Shown in pieces: positions 17,377-27,338 of a DNA stretch of 64,000 nucleotides. The translations under genes and the position numbers were made by a program. The notes under the pieces were generated by a model. The model made no database searches and was not told the DNA's origin. It saw only the letters and a list, made by a program, of their open reading frames with translations. This DNA comes from Candidatus Latescibacterota bacterium (GTDB lineage Bacteria; Latescibacterota; UBA2968; UBA8231). Within the stretch, counting starts at the first letter, position 1; every line of letters starts with the position of its first letter. The stretch is from positions 128,001 to 192,000 of the forward strand of contig CBDAOB010000003.1 in NCBI GenBank assembly GCA_965197905.1, given 5' to 3'.

Positions 17377-19436
17377 TGAAGGTGCCCCGCTCCTACCTCA
17401 AGGTTTTCCTCTGGGTCGTCGTATTGGCCGCCGGAACCGTGCGCCTGCTCGGGATCACGCGCGGAACCAGCGACTGGGAAGATCCGCCCCGATTCCACCA
17501 CTTCCATCCGGACGAAGACAGACTCGTCCGCGCTGCTCTAGACCTCGACAATCCGTTCGCCCCACCACTGTCGTCCTACGGCCCCGTTTCGCACTACGCT
17601 CTGCGCGGCGTGGTAGAACTCGTCTCGTTGTTCTGGCACGATCCCGCCCCGGGATTCTCCTCAACCGCGGGCACGTGGAGACTCTTCGTGATCGCGCGAC
17701 TGCTGGCTATCGTTGTCTCGATGCTCGGGTTATGGTTTCTCTACCGGCTCGCCAGCCAACACTGTGGAGAGGTCGGCGCAGTCGTCGCGGTCTGTTTTCT
17801 GTCCTTCGCGCCGTTGGCCATTCAGCAGGCTCATTTCTACGCCATCGACGGAATCTTTGCGACGGCCAGCCTGGGCGCGCTGTGGGCTGTTTCCGTGGCG
17901 CTAAGGTCCGAAGATTGGCGACCGTATGCCCTCGCCGGCGCAATGATTGGGATCGCCGGTGGCGTCCGCCTGGTCGGAATAGGACTGGGTGCCGCCCTCG
18001 TAGTCACCTGGTTGGGGATCGGGATCCACCGTTCAAGATCGGATGAGGCCGGAAAAGGACGGGTCCACATTCCGCTTGGACACATGTTGCTGGCCGTCGG
18101 GGCGGCCGCGGCAACCCTATTGTTGTTGGCCCCGTACCTGTTGACATCGGCCTTGTCCATGGTGGGTGCCGGGTTGGACCTCGACACCCAGCTCGACCTC
18201 GCCGGGCAAACCCCCTCGACCTTGTCCCAGTTGCGGGCTAATGCTGTCGGCGTCGCCCGGGGTACCATCCTGCGCCCCTGGTCGCTCATAGACATACACA
18301 CCGTACCCTACCTCCATCAACTGACCGACTTGTGGCCGCAGGCGGTTGGTTGGCCGTTAGCAATTACGTTTTACACCGCCGTTCTCTGGTCGGCCTACAA
18401 CCTCAATCGAAGGCGGGCTGTTCTCCTGATCTGGAGCGGTCTCTACTTCGCGGTAATCGGCGCCTTGCATACCAAGCATGTGCGTTATCTGTTGCCGCTT
18501 CTCCCGATTCTAAGTCTCTTCGCCGCCGATCTTTGCGTATGGATCAAGTCCAAACACCGTTTGACAGGCGTATTTCTGGTGGGGTCACTGGTAGGAGTCA
18601 CGGCCGCATTCGGCCTTGGATTTGCCCGCATTTACGCCGTCGAAGACAGCCGCTTACAGGCCAGTCGCTGGATGGCGGAGAATGTTTCGCCGGGCAGCAA
18701 GATAGGCGTGGAGGGAGGTGCCTTTTCTCTGAGCTCGGTGATAAGCGATCAAGATTTTCCCAAGATACATCTGGAGATCAGCGAGCTGTTTCGAACGCGT
18801 GGCTACACCATGTGCGCCCCGGTGTTGTCTCTCCTGCAGGCGAAGGTGGCTGGTCTCGACTACATCGCCGTCACGGACGTCAATCGCTACCGCCAGTTCC
18901 GCGCAGTGCCCGAGATGTTTCCCGTGGTCGCGGAATTCTACGGCGGGCTGCTGCAGGGGCGATTAGGTTTTCGGGTTGCTCGAACGATCCGGGTGTATCC
19001 GTCTCTTGCCGGTATTCTACTGCGGGACGATGACGCTGAGCCGGCATTCGTCGGTTTCGACCATCCAACCACCTGGATACTCCGGCGGGAAGGAACCGCA
19101 GCTGGCAGCTGGGAAGAATGGAGGAAGGACCTGGACGACAATAAACACTGCGCGGACAGTCTGCTCCGCCGCGCCGCGTCCGCTTTCAAACAGCGGCGAT
19201 GGCAGGTCTCTTTGAAAGCCAGCGAACAGGTGCTGAGTCGATTTCCAAAAATGAAGGTCGCCCGTTTGATCCAGGCGGCGGCACATCGACAGCTGGGGCA
19301 AGCAAACCAGGCACGGACCGCGCTGGCGATCTACCGCAGTCCATATCGCCTCGACGCCGGGGCACAGGGGCCGTGGGCAACGGGTGCCAGTCTGGTCGAA
19401 CTGAATCTAACGGAGCTCGTCACCTTGATGCGATGA
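17376..19436 (+). CDS. GT39/PMT-like (GT-C) membrane glycosyltransferase
   Basis: FHPDE acidic motif after TM1, QAHFYAID, RYLLPLLP and many TM segments; GTG 17376 overlaps the ThiS stop. Confidence 0.75.
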   Translation: MKVPRSYLKVFLWVVVLAAGTVRLLGITRGTSDWEDPPRFHHFHPDEDRLVRAALDLDNPFAPPLSSYGPVSHYALRGVVELVSLFWHDPAPGFSSTAGTWRLFVIARLLAIVVSMLGLWFLYRLASQHCGEVGAVVAVCFLSFAPLAIQQAHFYAIDGIFATASLGALWAVSVALRSEDWRPYALAGAMIGIAGGVRLVGIGLGAALVVTWLGIGIHRSRSDEAGKGRVHIPLGHMLLAVGAAAATLLLLAPYLLTSALSMVGAGLDLDTQLDLAGQTPSTLSQLRANAVGVARGTILRPWSLIDIHTVPYLHQLTDLWPQAVGWPLAITFYTAVLWSAYNLNRRRAVLLIWSGLYFAVIGALHTKHVRYLLPLLPILSLFAADLCVWIKSKHRLTGVFLVGSLVGVTAAFGLGFARIYAVEDSRLQASRWMAENVSPGSKIGVEGGAFSLSSVISDQDFPKIHLEISELFRTRGYTMCAPVLSLLQAKVAGLDYIAVTDVNRYRQFRAVPEMFPVVAEFYGGLLQGRLGFRVARTIRVYPSLAGILLRDDDAEPAFVGFDHPTTWILRREGTAAGSWEEWRKDLDDNKHCADSLLRRAASAFKQRRWQVSLKASEQVLSRFPKMKVARLIQAAAHRQLGQANQARTALAIYRSPYRLDAGAQGPWATGASLVELNLTELVTLMR

Positions 19437-19594
19437 GTAATTGCCGGGCTCGCTAGTCCGATATTATGGTTGTCTCAACATCCCTCATGAGTAACGCTCT
19501 GTTCATCCACTCAGGTGTGATCACCAAAGCGATCGCCCCTTAACGAGTAGTAACCACAGACACCAAGACGAATGTATACGCAATTTTCACCCGT

Positions 19595-22162
19595 ATGCAG
19601 GACTCGTCCTCACTAGTCATGACAACCTCGATATTTTCATGGCGCGAGGCGCGTATCGTCTGGATCGCATATCTCTGTCTCGTTGTGGCGTCTTCATTCG
19701 TTTACTTCCACAGCCTAAAGGATCATCCACTCCATTCGCATGATTACGAATCATTTCGTGACAACATTGCCATCAGTGAAGACTTCACCTACTTGTTCGC
19801 ACCCCCGACTGAAAGGCAGCTAGGATCGGGTAGACCTGTTGCAGAGTTCGTCAAATGGGTCGGATTCGTGATTTGGGGAAACGACGTCGGCTGGTTTCAC
19901 GTACTCGTGGTGGCGATCCACACTATCGTTGCCTTGCTCCTTGCGCTCTCGGCACGCCTATTGGGATTGGATCGGGAATCCAGTTTCTTGGGTGGAATCC
20001 TTTTCTTAGTAAACAGTGCCCATTTTCAAGCAGTCCATTGGATTTCCGCAATGGACTATCCGCTGGCGCTGTCTTTTGGTCTTTGCGCAGTCGTCAGTTT
20101 CCTATACTTCCTATCGCATCACAAATTCGCCGGATTACTGGTCTTTTATCTGACCACGATCCTCGGTGTCCTGACTCATCTCGCGACCGCCATAATATGG
20201 CCATTCTGCCTCTACCTGTGCTGGTATAAGGGTTACAATCTTAAAGCATCGCTGAAGAGTCTTCTGCCATTGGCTTTGTTGATGTTTGCAGAATTGGTAT
20301 TGATTCTCAGTTTGACGCGGCAGGAGACCAGTACCTGGGGATCGGTTTATGCTTATACGGAGCTGGATATCTCGTCCCTATTAACCGGTAATTTCCGTAT
20401 GCTGCTATGGCTCGCGAGCAGATTGCTGACGACCGCCCATTGGCATTTGGTAACAGGGTACGCGGTGCAGACGTGGGAACTGTACCTCGGTGCCGTGATC
20501 TTATCTGGTTTAGTTTTTCTGATTTGGAAGAGGCTGTTCCCCGGTGCTCTGTGGTCCGTTTGGATTATCCTGGCTCTGCTGCCTTTTGTCGCACTGACGG
20601 AGGAGTTTATTCGGATGCCGGCTACCGGCACTTCACGCTATTTATACATGGCAAATATCGGTTTCTCAATGCTACTGGCTTGGGGAATAAAATCCGCAAG
20701 TGTGTATGTTGCCAAAAAAGGCGCAATCTGGGGGAAAACGGCGTTCGGCATTCTCTTCATTAGCGTTATGGCATCTAGCTACGTGACATTGAAGCGCTCC
20801 GAAGCTCTCACCTTCTATGTATCGGGAAGATCCCATATCGCAAGGGGCGATGTCACCACTGGAATTTCCTTACTCAATCGGGCAGTCGCCCGAAGTCGCA
20901 ATGTGATCGACCTTGAAAACACGTTCGAACGCCTCTGTCTTATGGTTGCAAGTCGCGGGGAGGACATTCAAACGCTTCTCGTTGAAGCTAGAAAATCCTA
21001 TCCGGAAAACACGACATTTCCTGTGTACGAGCTTGCCTCGCGTTCTCTAAGTTCGGACGCTAAAATTCGGATCCAAGGTCGAGGAGATCTACTCACCCTG
21101 GTGGCTGATGGCAGGCCCCTAGTCCGCGAACAGATCGCGCAAGTCTACGATAGTTTCGGACGCGGATTTCGCCTCAAAGGGGTTCCGCAATCTGCAATTC
21201 TCATGTATCGTCAGGCCCTAGAATTCGATCCACTGAGAAGCAAAACTATGAAGAGCCTAGCGGTTGTATTGCTGGAAACGGGCCAACACGAAGAGGCTAT
21301 GGAGTGGGTGCAAGCGATTGCCAGGCTCAATCCAGATGATCCATTTGGTCTCTATGCGAAGGCTCTTGCGCTGCGGCTCGAAGGGAAAGTAGATGAGGCC
21401 ATTATCGCCTGTAACGAAGCCCTGACTAGTGTCCAAACGGCCGAACTCTTCTTTCTATTGGGGGACTGCTACGAGCACGAGCAAATGCCTGACCGTGCCC
21501 TTGAAGCCTACAGACAGAGTGCATCGCTAAATCCCAATAATTCGGGAATTTTTCACCATTTGGGCAGAGTGGTCCTAGCCCAAGGTGACACCGTGAGCGC
21601 GATTGAGGCCTTCGAGAGAGCAGCGCAGTTGGAATCGAAGGACGTAAATACCTACCTCATCTTGGGAAGACTGTACAAGGAAAATGGGCAGCTAGAAAGG
21701 GCCCAAGAAATCTATTCGACCGCACTCGACGGCAATTTCCAAGGAGTAGGAAGCCCGGTCTATTTGCGGTTGGGTATGGATTTTGAAGCATGGGGCAGAT
21801 TCGAAGATGCTGTGCGGGCATACGAGAAGGCAATTGATTCCAACCAATCGAATGTAGTGGCACACACAAACCTTGGATGGATCTATCTCCTTCAAGAGAG
21901 GTTCGATGACGCGATAGATGAGTTTCGCGTCGCACTCGAATTAGAATCCAATAGTTACGCCTTTTTGAACCTCGGGCTGGCATACTTGGCGCAAGGAAAA
22001 ACCAAACAGGCGGAACTCATTTACAAAGACGCCGTTTCGCAGTTTGGCGCAGAGGAAGCGGTACGAATCGGTGCTGTGGACGATCTTAGAAACCTGATCG
22101 GTAGAGGCATCCGCGTTGCTGCCGCAGAAGCGATTCTAAATTCTCATTGGCCAGAACCCTAG
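19595..22162 (+). CDS. Multi-TM protein with C-terminal TPR repeats (TMTC/GT-C-like)
   Basis: HD, GRP, H.QAVHWIS and SRYLY motifs in the TM region, followed by numerous TPRs. Confidence 0.75.
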   Translation: MQDSSSLVMTTSIFSWREARIVWIAYLCLVVASSFVYFHSLKDHPLHSHDYESFRDNIAISEDFTYLFAPPTERQLGSGRPVAEFVKWVGFVIWGNDVGWFHVLVVAIHTIVALLLALSARLLGLDRESSFLGGILFLVNSAHFQAVHWISAMDYPLALSFGLCAVVSFLYFLSHHKFAGLLVFYLTTILGVLTHLATAIIWPFCLYLCWYKGYNLKASLKSLLPLALLMFAELVLILSLTRQETSTWGSVYAYTELDISSLLTGNFRMLLWLASRLLTTAHWHLVTGYAVQTWELYLGAVILSGLVFLIWKRLFPGALWSVWIILALLPFVALTEEFIRMPATGTSRYLYMANIGFSMLLAWGIKSASVYVAKKGAIWGKTAFGILFISVMASSYVTLKRSEALTFYVSGRSHIARGDVTTGISLLNRAVARSRNVIDLENTFERLCLMVASRGEDIQTLLVEARKSYPENTTFPVYELASRSLSSDAKIRIQGRGDLLTLVADGRPLVREQIAQVYDSFGRGFRLKGVPQSAILMYRQALEFDPLRSKTMKSLAVVLLETGQHEEAMEWVQAIARLNPDDPFGLYAKALALRLEGKVDEAIIACNEALTSVQTAELFFLLGDCYEHEQMPDRALEAYRQSASLNPNNSGIFHHLGRVVLAQGDTVSAIEAFERAAQLESKDVNTYLILGRLYKENGQLERAQEIYSTALDGNFQGVGSPVYLRLGMDFEAWGRFEDAVRAYEKAIDSNQSNVVAHTNLGWIYLLQERFDDAIDEFRVALELESNSYAFLNLGLAYLAQGKTKQAELIYKDAVSQFGAEEAVRIGAVDDLRNLIGRGIRVAAAEAILNSHWPEP

Positions 22163-22201
22163 TAGGGCCACTATTTCACGTAAACCTCCTTTCTTCTCCC
22201 C

Positions 22202-24751
22202 GTGAAACCGGCTATTAGCTCCGTGTCAAAACAGCTGTCTGAGAACCCGCGGACACAGTGGATTCTTTACGTGTTGATTGTGGTAGCTCTGACAGTTCTT
22301 TTTTTCGCCGACCTGAGAACTCATCTACTCGACACCCACGACATCGAAACCTTCCGCGACAACCTCGCCATATCTGAGGACTTCGCCTATTTGTTTTCGC
22401 CTTACAAAGAGCATGCTTCAGGGCGTCTGGCGTACGAGTTGACAATGTGGATTTTCTTCCTCGCATGGGAAAACGATCCCAGCTTGTTCCACGTCCTGGT
22501 CGTCGTCGTCCATGCTCTCGCCTCATTGTCACTTGCTGTTGTCGTTAGACGAACCGGCATAGACGTAACAACGAGTCAGTTGGCCGGCGTGCTGTTCTTG
22601 GTGAATGTCGCTCACTTCCGGGTCGTTCACTGGATCTCGGGGCTGAACTACGTCTTAGGACTGCTCTGGTGCTTGGCTACTTTCTTGAGCTACACGGCCC
22701 GTCGCCGGAGAGCATCCTTCCTATCCTTCTACTTCTTCCTGTCTGTGGGTTTTCTTTCTCATCCCGCCGCCGCGGCGGTAGTACCCCTTTGTCTCTTCTG
22801 GTCATTGAGGCAAGGAGACAAAGTGAGACGCGCGTTGACAAGGTTGGTCCCGGGCGTTGTGTTGCTTTCCCTGTTGGGCGTCCTCAGTTTGAGCCGGACC
22901 TACGATGAAAGCAGTGCTTGGGGGGCAATCGGGCTCTATGGCGTGGCAGACTCCGCATCCTTGATCGCAGGAATCGCGCGCATGCTGCTTTGGTTGAACG
23001 CACGACTTGTGACCACCGCTCACTGGCTGCTCACTCCCACTGCCGTTATGCAGATTTGGGAGGTCGCTTTTGGGGCACTTGTCCTTGCGGGATTTCTCAT
23101 ACTGGCGAAGAGTCGTTCATCGCCCGTTTCCGTTTGGGCTGCGTGGACGCAGATATTTCTCATACCGTTCGTACTCGTCAACGAAGAAATCATTCTTAAC
23201 CTGCCCTCGGGGCCGTCACGCTACCTGTATTTCAGCAGCGCCGGATCGGCCGTTGTGTTTGCGTGGATTCTTTCCAAAGGCGTTCGCGTGCTGTCGGAAA
23301 GGGGACCGCATCTGGTGTGGCCTGCAGCTATTTGCACTCTCGGCCTAGTCATGTTTTCGAGTTACATCTTCATGATGCGAGCAGAAGCGATCTCGCTGTA
23401 CAGTTCCGCCAGGAGCTATGCGGCCAGGGGTGACGCCGCGACCAGCATTATCCTCTTTAATCGGGCAGTCAAACAAGGGGCTGGGGCCGTTGATCGGGAG
23501 TGTGCATATGAACGCATCCTGCACCTGGAACTCTCCCAGGGGTCGGAAGTAGACTCGCTCCTCAACCACGCTTTACGAGCGTATCCAAATAATTTGACAT
23601 TTGGCGTTTTTAGAGCGGTTCTCAACACTATGACTGCCGACTCGACGCTTCGCCGGCAAGCACAAGCCGAGATTGATTCGCTAACGGCAAACCCACCTGA
23701 TGGCGTTCGAGTGCCAACGGTAGTTGCTCAGGTGTACTACAATCTGGGCAGGGGTTTCAGCACTCGAGGAAGGCCGATAGAGGCCGTCGCGGCGCACGAA
23801 AAGTCACTGAGTTACAATCGCGACAAATTGAAGACAGTAAAGAGTCTGGTTCTGGCTATCTCGATGGCTGGCGATCAAGACAGAGCGTCCGCTATGGCGC
23901 TTCGAGCAGCTGAACTGAAGCCGAACGATCCAGACGCCTACTATCTGACTGCCTACGGCTTGCGCGGCATGGGGAAGTTGGATGAGGCCATCGCGGTATG
24001 TGAGGATGGCATTCGGAAACGACCCTCCTTCGAGCTGTATTATCTTTTGGGAATCTGCTACGAGGACAAGAGTCATACCGAGCGAGCGCTCAGCGCGTAT
24101 GAACGATGTATAGCTCTGAGACCGTCCAATCCGGTGGTTCTCGAACGGATCGGCTTCGTCGAGTACCGGAGAGGTGATATAGGGAAAGCAACGGCTGCCC
24201 TTGTCCGAGCCATTGAAGCCGGTGCGCGAGATGTACGGACCCACCTCGCGCTGAGCAAGCTTTACATCGACCTGGACGAGCAACCGAAAGGGCTGGAAAT
24301 TTACCGGCGCATTGTCAGCGAAGAGTACGTCGGCGCCAACAGCAACACATATACGGAAATAGGAATACAGCTTTTCGAATGGGGCAGGCTCGACGAGGCC
24401 ATGCTAGCATACAAAAGGGCAATCGCAGAAGACGATACCAATATTGAGGCTCGGACAAACATCGGATGGATACACTACGTCCAGAACAGATTTGACGACG
24501 CGATTCAGGTGTATCAGAGGGTACTGGATCGCGAACCTCAGTCCGTTGCAGGCTACAACCTGGGGCTAGCCTACCTGGCTCGAGAAGACTTTGAAGAAGC
24601 GAAAGAGGCGTATGCTAAGGCGGTGAGCTTGTACGGGGCCGATGAAGCCAGACGAATCGGAGCCGTGGATGATCTAAGGATCCTCATCGACAGCAACGTA
24701 GGCGTGCCAGCTGGGAACGACATCATGGACGCCTATTGGCCGGAGAATTAG
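22202..24751 (+). CDS. Multi-TM protein with C-terminal TPR repeats (tandem paralog)
   Basis: FRDNLAISEDF, HFRVVHWIS, SRYLY and IGAVDDLR shared with 19595..22162. Confidence 0.75.
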   Translation: MKPAISSVSKQLSENPRTQWILYVLIVVALTVLFFADLRTHLLDTHDIETFRDNLAISEDFAYLFSPYKEHASGRLAYELTMWIFFLAWENDPSLFHVLVVVVHALASLSLAVVVRRTGIDVTTSQLAGVLFLVNVAHFRVVHWISGLNYVLGLLWCLATFLSYTARRRRASFLSFYFFLSVGFLSHPAAAAVVPLCLFWSLRQGDKVRRALTRLVPGVVLLSLLGVLSLSRTYDESSAWGAIGLYGVADSASLIAGIARMLLWLNARLVTTAHWLLTPTAVMQIWEVAFGALVLAGFLILAKSRSSPVSVWAAWTQIFLIPFVLVNEEIILNLPSGPSRYLYFSSAGSAVVFAWILSKGVRVLSERGPHLVWPAAICTLGLVMFSSYIFMMRAEAISLYSSARSYAARGDAATSIILFNRAVKQGAGAVDRECAYERILHLELSQGSEVDSLLNHALRAYPNNLTFGVFRAVLNTMTADSTLRRQAQAEIDSLTANPPDGVRVPTVVAQVYYNLGRGFSTRGRPIEAVAAHEKSLSYNRDKLKTVKSLVLAISMAGDQDRASAMALRAAELKPNDPDAYYLTAYGLRGMGKLDEAIAVCEDGIRKRPSFELYYLLGICYEDKSHTERALSAYERCIALRPSNPVVLERIGFVEYRRGDIGKATAALVRAIEAGARDVRTHLALSKLYIDLDEQPKGLEIYRRIVSEEYVGANSNTYTEIGIQLFEWGRLDEAMLAYKRAIAEDDTNIEARTNIGWIHYVQNRFDDAIQVYQRVLDREPQSVAGYNLGLAYLAREDFEEAKEAYAKAVSLYGADEARRIGAVDDLRILIDSNVGVPAGNDIMDAYWPEN

Positions 24752-24782
24752 CTCCACAGCAGACGTTGAGTCGCATGATGGC

Positions 24783-25592
24783 CTAGTTGCCGACCTGGCT
24801 GAAGCGGAAGACGTGCTGACCTTTCGCGGGCAATTGACTCCACACATTGCGGCGCATTACCAGCATCCGGGTCCGGTTCCTGCCAAGCAGAGAATGCCTG
24901 TACGAGACGGTTAACATGGTGCGCACCTTCTTGGTTTTGTTGGGCATGCCGCAATGCCACATGCGCGGGTCGCGCAGCACGATGGCACCGAGCGGCGCCA
25001 GCATGCGCACGCACGGTCGGTGCGGCGCCCAAAGATCAAAACTCTTGGTCTCGTCAGGATAGGAGCCCGGGTAAAGGTGTGTACCCGGCCAAACTTTTGT
25101 AGCACCCGTCGCCACCGTGAAAGACACCAGGGGAATGCTGGTAACAGCCGCCGATGCCGGGAGTGCGATCGGCAGGTTCTCGAAAAGCGGATCGGAGTCG
25201 CGGTGCACGTGCTGGGCGCGAGATCCGGGCCAGGAATTGTTGGTATTGTAGAAATCGCAGAAAAAGTCACTGCCCAGCACCTCTTCTACGACCTGAAGCG
25301 CGATCGGATTCGCTACGATGAGCGCGTCCATGAACGGCATCTCCTGCGGGGGCGCGACGCCAAAGATTCCGTGGCCTTTGCCGTGGGAATGTTCCGCAAG
25401 CGGGGATCTTGGATATTGCCGAAAGAAATGCTGGTGTACCGATACCATCGCGTTGCGGACTTCCTTGAGCAGATCCTTTGGAATGAGATCTTCCAGCACC
25501 ACGAACCCTTCCGTGCGAAAGGTTTCGGCCGCCGCGGCCAGGTTCTTTTTGGCCAGCTTCCCGCGCTTCAATTCCTGCTTGGTTGGCTTCAC
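24783..25592 (-). CDS. Phytanoyl-CoA dioxygenase (PhyH) family protein
   Basis: QHVHRD, GATKVWPGTH and WHCGMPN...R; GTG start with GGAGG. Confidence 0.85.
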   Translation of the reverse strand: MKPTKQELKRGKLAKKNLAAAAETFRTEGFVVLEDLIPKDLLKEVRNAMVSVHQHFFRQYPRSPLAEHSHGKGHGIFGVAPPQEMPFMDALIVANPIALQVVEEVLGSDFFCDFYNTNNSWPGSRAQHVHRDSDPLFENLPIALPASAAVTSIPLVSFTVATGATKVWPGTHLYPGSYPDETKSFDLWAPHRPCVRMLAPLGAIVLRDPRMWHCGMPNKTKKVRTMLTVSYRHSLLGRNRTRMLVMRRNVWSQLPAKGQHVFRFSQVGN

Positions 25593-25792
25593 GCGGGTAC
25601 CTCCATCAGTCCACGCTCCGATTGCCCTCGACCACGACCTCGCCGCCAGACTTGCGAAGTCGTTGTTTTCGCCAGTACATGCTACCTCCCATGCACTTGT
25701 TCGGTCACGATACAAAGGTACCATAATCGTGCATGGTAAAGGATATTTCTTGGATTCCTCGTGAAACCCACCGAAGGCGGCTTCCCACGGCC

Positions 25793-27052
25793 TTATTGGA
25801 ACCTTGCGGGGCTGTAGGGAACGGGATCCAGGCTCGATGCCCGATCGCAGGCGAGATCCGCCACCAGCTTTCCGGTGCCGGGTCCGAGGGTCATCCCCAG
25901 CATTGCATGGCCGGTGGCCAGGATGAGGTTGGAAACCGGTGCCGGCATGCCGATGACAGGCAGGCCGTCGGGGGTGCAGGGTCGCATGCCGCTCCAGGGG
26001 TTCTGCAGCGCGCTATCTTCATCAATGCCGTCGAGATAATCGGCTACGGATCGGACCACCGCCTTCACCCGGCGCATGTTGATGCTTTGGTCGATGCCGG
26101 TCATCTCCAGCGTTCCCGCCACCCTGATCATCGTGCCCATCGGGTTCACGCCGGCCCGGGCTTCGGCCATGATGAATGGGCAGGTGAGTTTCACGCCGGG
26201 GTTCTCGAACGTGACACTGTACCCCTTGGCAGGCTGGACCGGCAACGAGAATGGCATATCGCCAGTCAACGATGAAGACCAGGATCCTGCAGCCAGCACC
26301 ACCTGCTCGGGGTGGTAATCACCGTGGGGGGTACGGATCCGCTCGATGCGGTTGCGGCGGTATTCGACGCTCTGCACTTCTGTCTGCTCCTCGATCGTGG
26401 CGCCCCTCTCCTTCACCCTCGCAGCGAGAGCATGAACGAACTTCGATGGATTCAAAAACGCGTCACGCTCGAAGAAAAGACCGCCGGCGAGGTCCGCCCG
26501 GATGGCGGGCTCCATCTCGTGGACTTGCGGTCCCGTCATCGAACGGTGAGCAATACCGTGCTCGTGCAGCAATCGGGCTTCCTCGAGCCCGCTTTCCAAT
26601 CCTTCGGGTGTCCGATAGAGCAGAAATGAACCGCAGCGATCATAGCCGCAGTCCAGTTGCTCCGAGGAAATCAACCGATCGTAGAGCTCGATGCTCTCCT
26701 GACTGAGCTTCACCAGTGCTCGGATCGAGCGGATCATCTGTTCGTGGTTACAGGCCGCCCGGAACTTCCAGAGCCAGCGGAAGAGCGCGGGATCGAAACG
26801 CAGGCGGATGAAGAATGGACTTTCGGGATTCAGCATCCACTTCAGTCCCTGCCGGATCACACCGGGCACGGCCAGGGGGGAGCTATGGCTGGGGACGACC
26901 AGGCCGGAGTTGCCGTGCGAGCAGCCGCTGCAGACGGCATCGCGCTCCAGAAGCGTGACCTGGCGGCCCGCTTCCAGCAGGTAATGCGCCACACAGACGC
27001 CGATTACACCGCCACCGATGACCAATACGTCGACCTCTTTCAAGTGCGCCAT
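25793..27052 (-). CDS. FAD-dependent D-amino acid dehydrogenase/oxidase (DadA-like)
   Basis: IGGGVIG, SHGNSG, PAKGYS, GMRPCTPDGLPVIG and ATGHAMLG; the start could alternatively be 27097. Confidence 0.88.
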   Translation of the reverse strand: MAHLKEVDVLVIGGGVIGVCVAHYLLEAGRQVTLLERDAVCSGCSHGNSGLVVPSHSSPLAVPGVIRQGLKWMLNPESPFFIRLRFDPALFRWLWKFRAACNHEQMIRSIRALVKLSQESIELYDRLISSEQLDCGYDRCGSFLLYRTPEGLESGLEEARLLHEHGIAHRSMTGPQVHEMEPAIRADLAGGLFFERDAFLNPSKFVHALAARVKERGATIEEQTEVQSVEYRRNRIERIRTPHGDYHPEQVVLAAGSWSSSLTGDMPFSLPVQPAKGYSVTFENPGVKLTCPFIMAEARAGVNPMGTMIRVAGTLEMTGIDQSINMRRVKAVVRSVADYLDGIDEDSALQNPWSGMRPCTPDGLPVIGMPAPVSNLILATGHAMLGMTLGPGTGKLVADLACDRASSLDPVPYSPARFQ

Positions 27053-27170
27053 CTTCTTTATGGTCAGTCGTAGTTGCTCGTGCGAATGGTTGCCCACTAA
27101 CTGAGCTGACGAAATGCGTCAAGCAATCGAATCCACGTTTACGCTACCTCGATTCCGGTTCGCGCTGTAT

Positions 27171-27338
27171 CTAGTGTCCTGTCGCATAAATACATTGCGT
27201 TTTCGGGCGCCGATCCATCCCGACTCGTGGCGTTGCCTTCGCTCGCCGTACTCGACCAGTACGGCTCGCTCAGCCGCCTTGCGGGCCGGGCGCCTCGGCG
27301 CCCGAATTCCATAAGCTATTTCCGCGACAGGCCACTAG
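27171..27338. mobile_element. MITE-like miniature element
   Basis: Terminal IRs CTAGTGTCCTGTCGCATAAATA / TATTTCCGCGACAGGCCACTAG, inner IR TCGGGCGCCGA/TCGGCGCCCGA and central GCCGTACT/AGTACGGC; CTAG at both ends. Confidence 0.85.
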
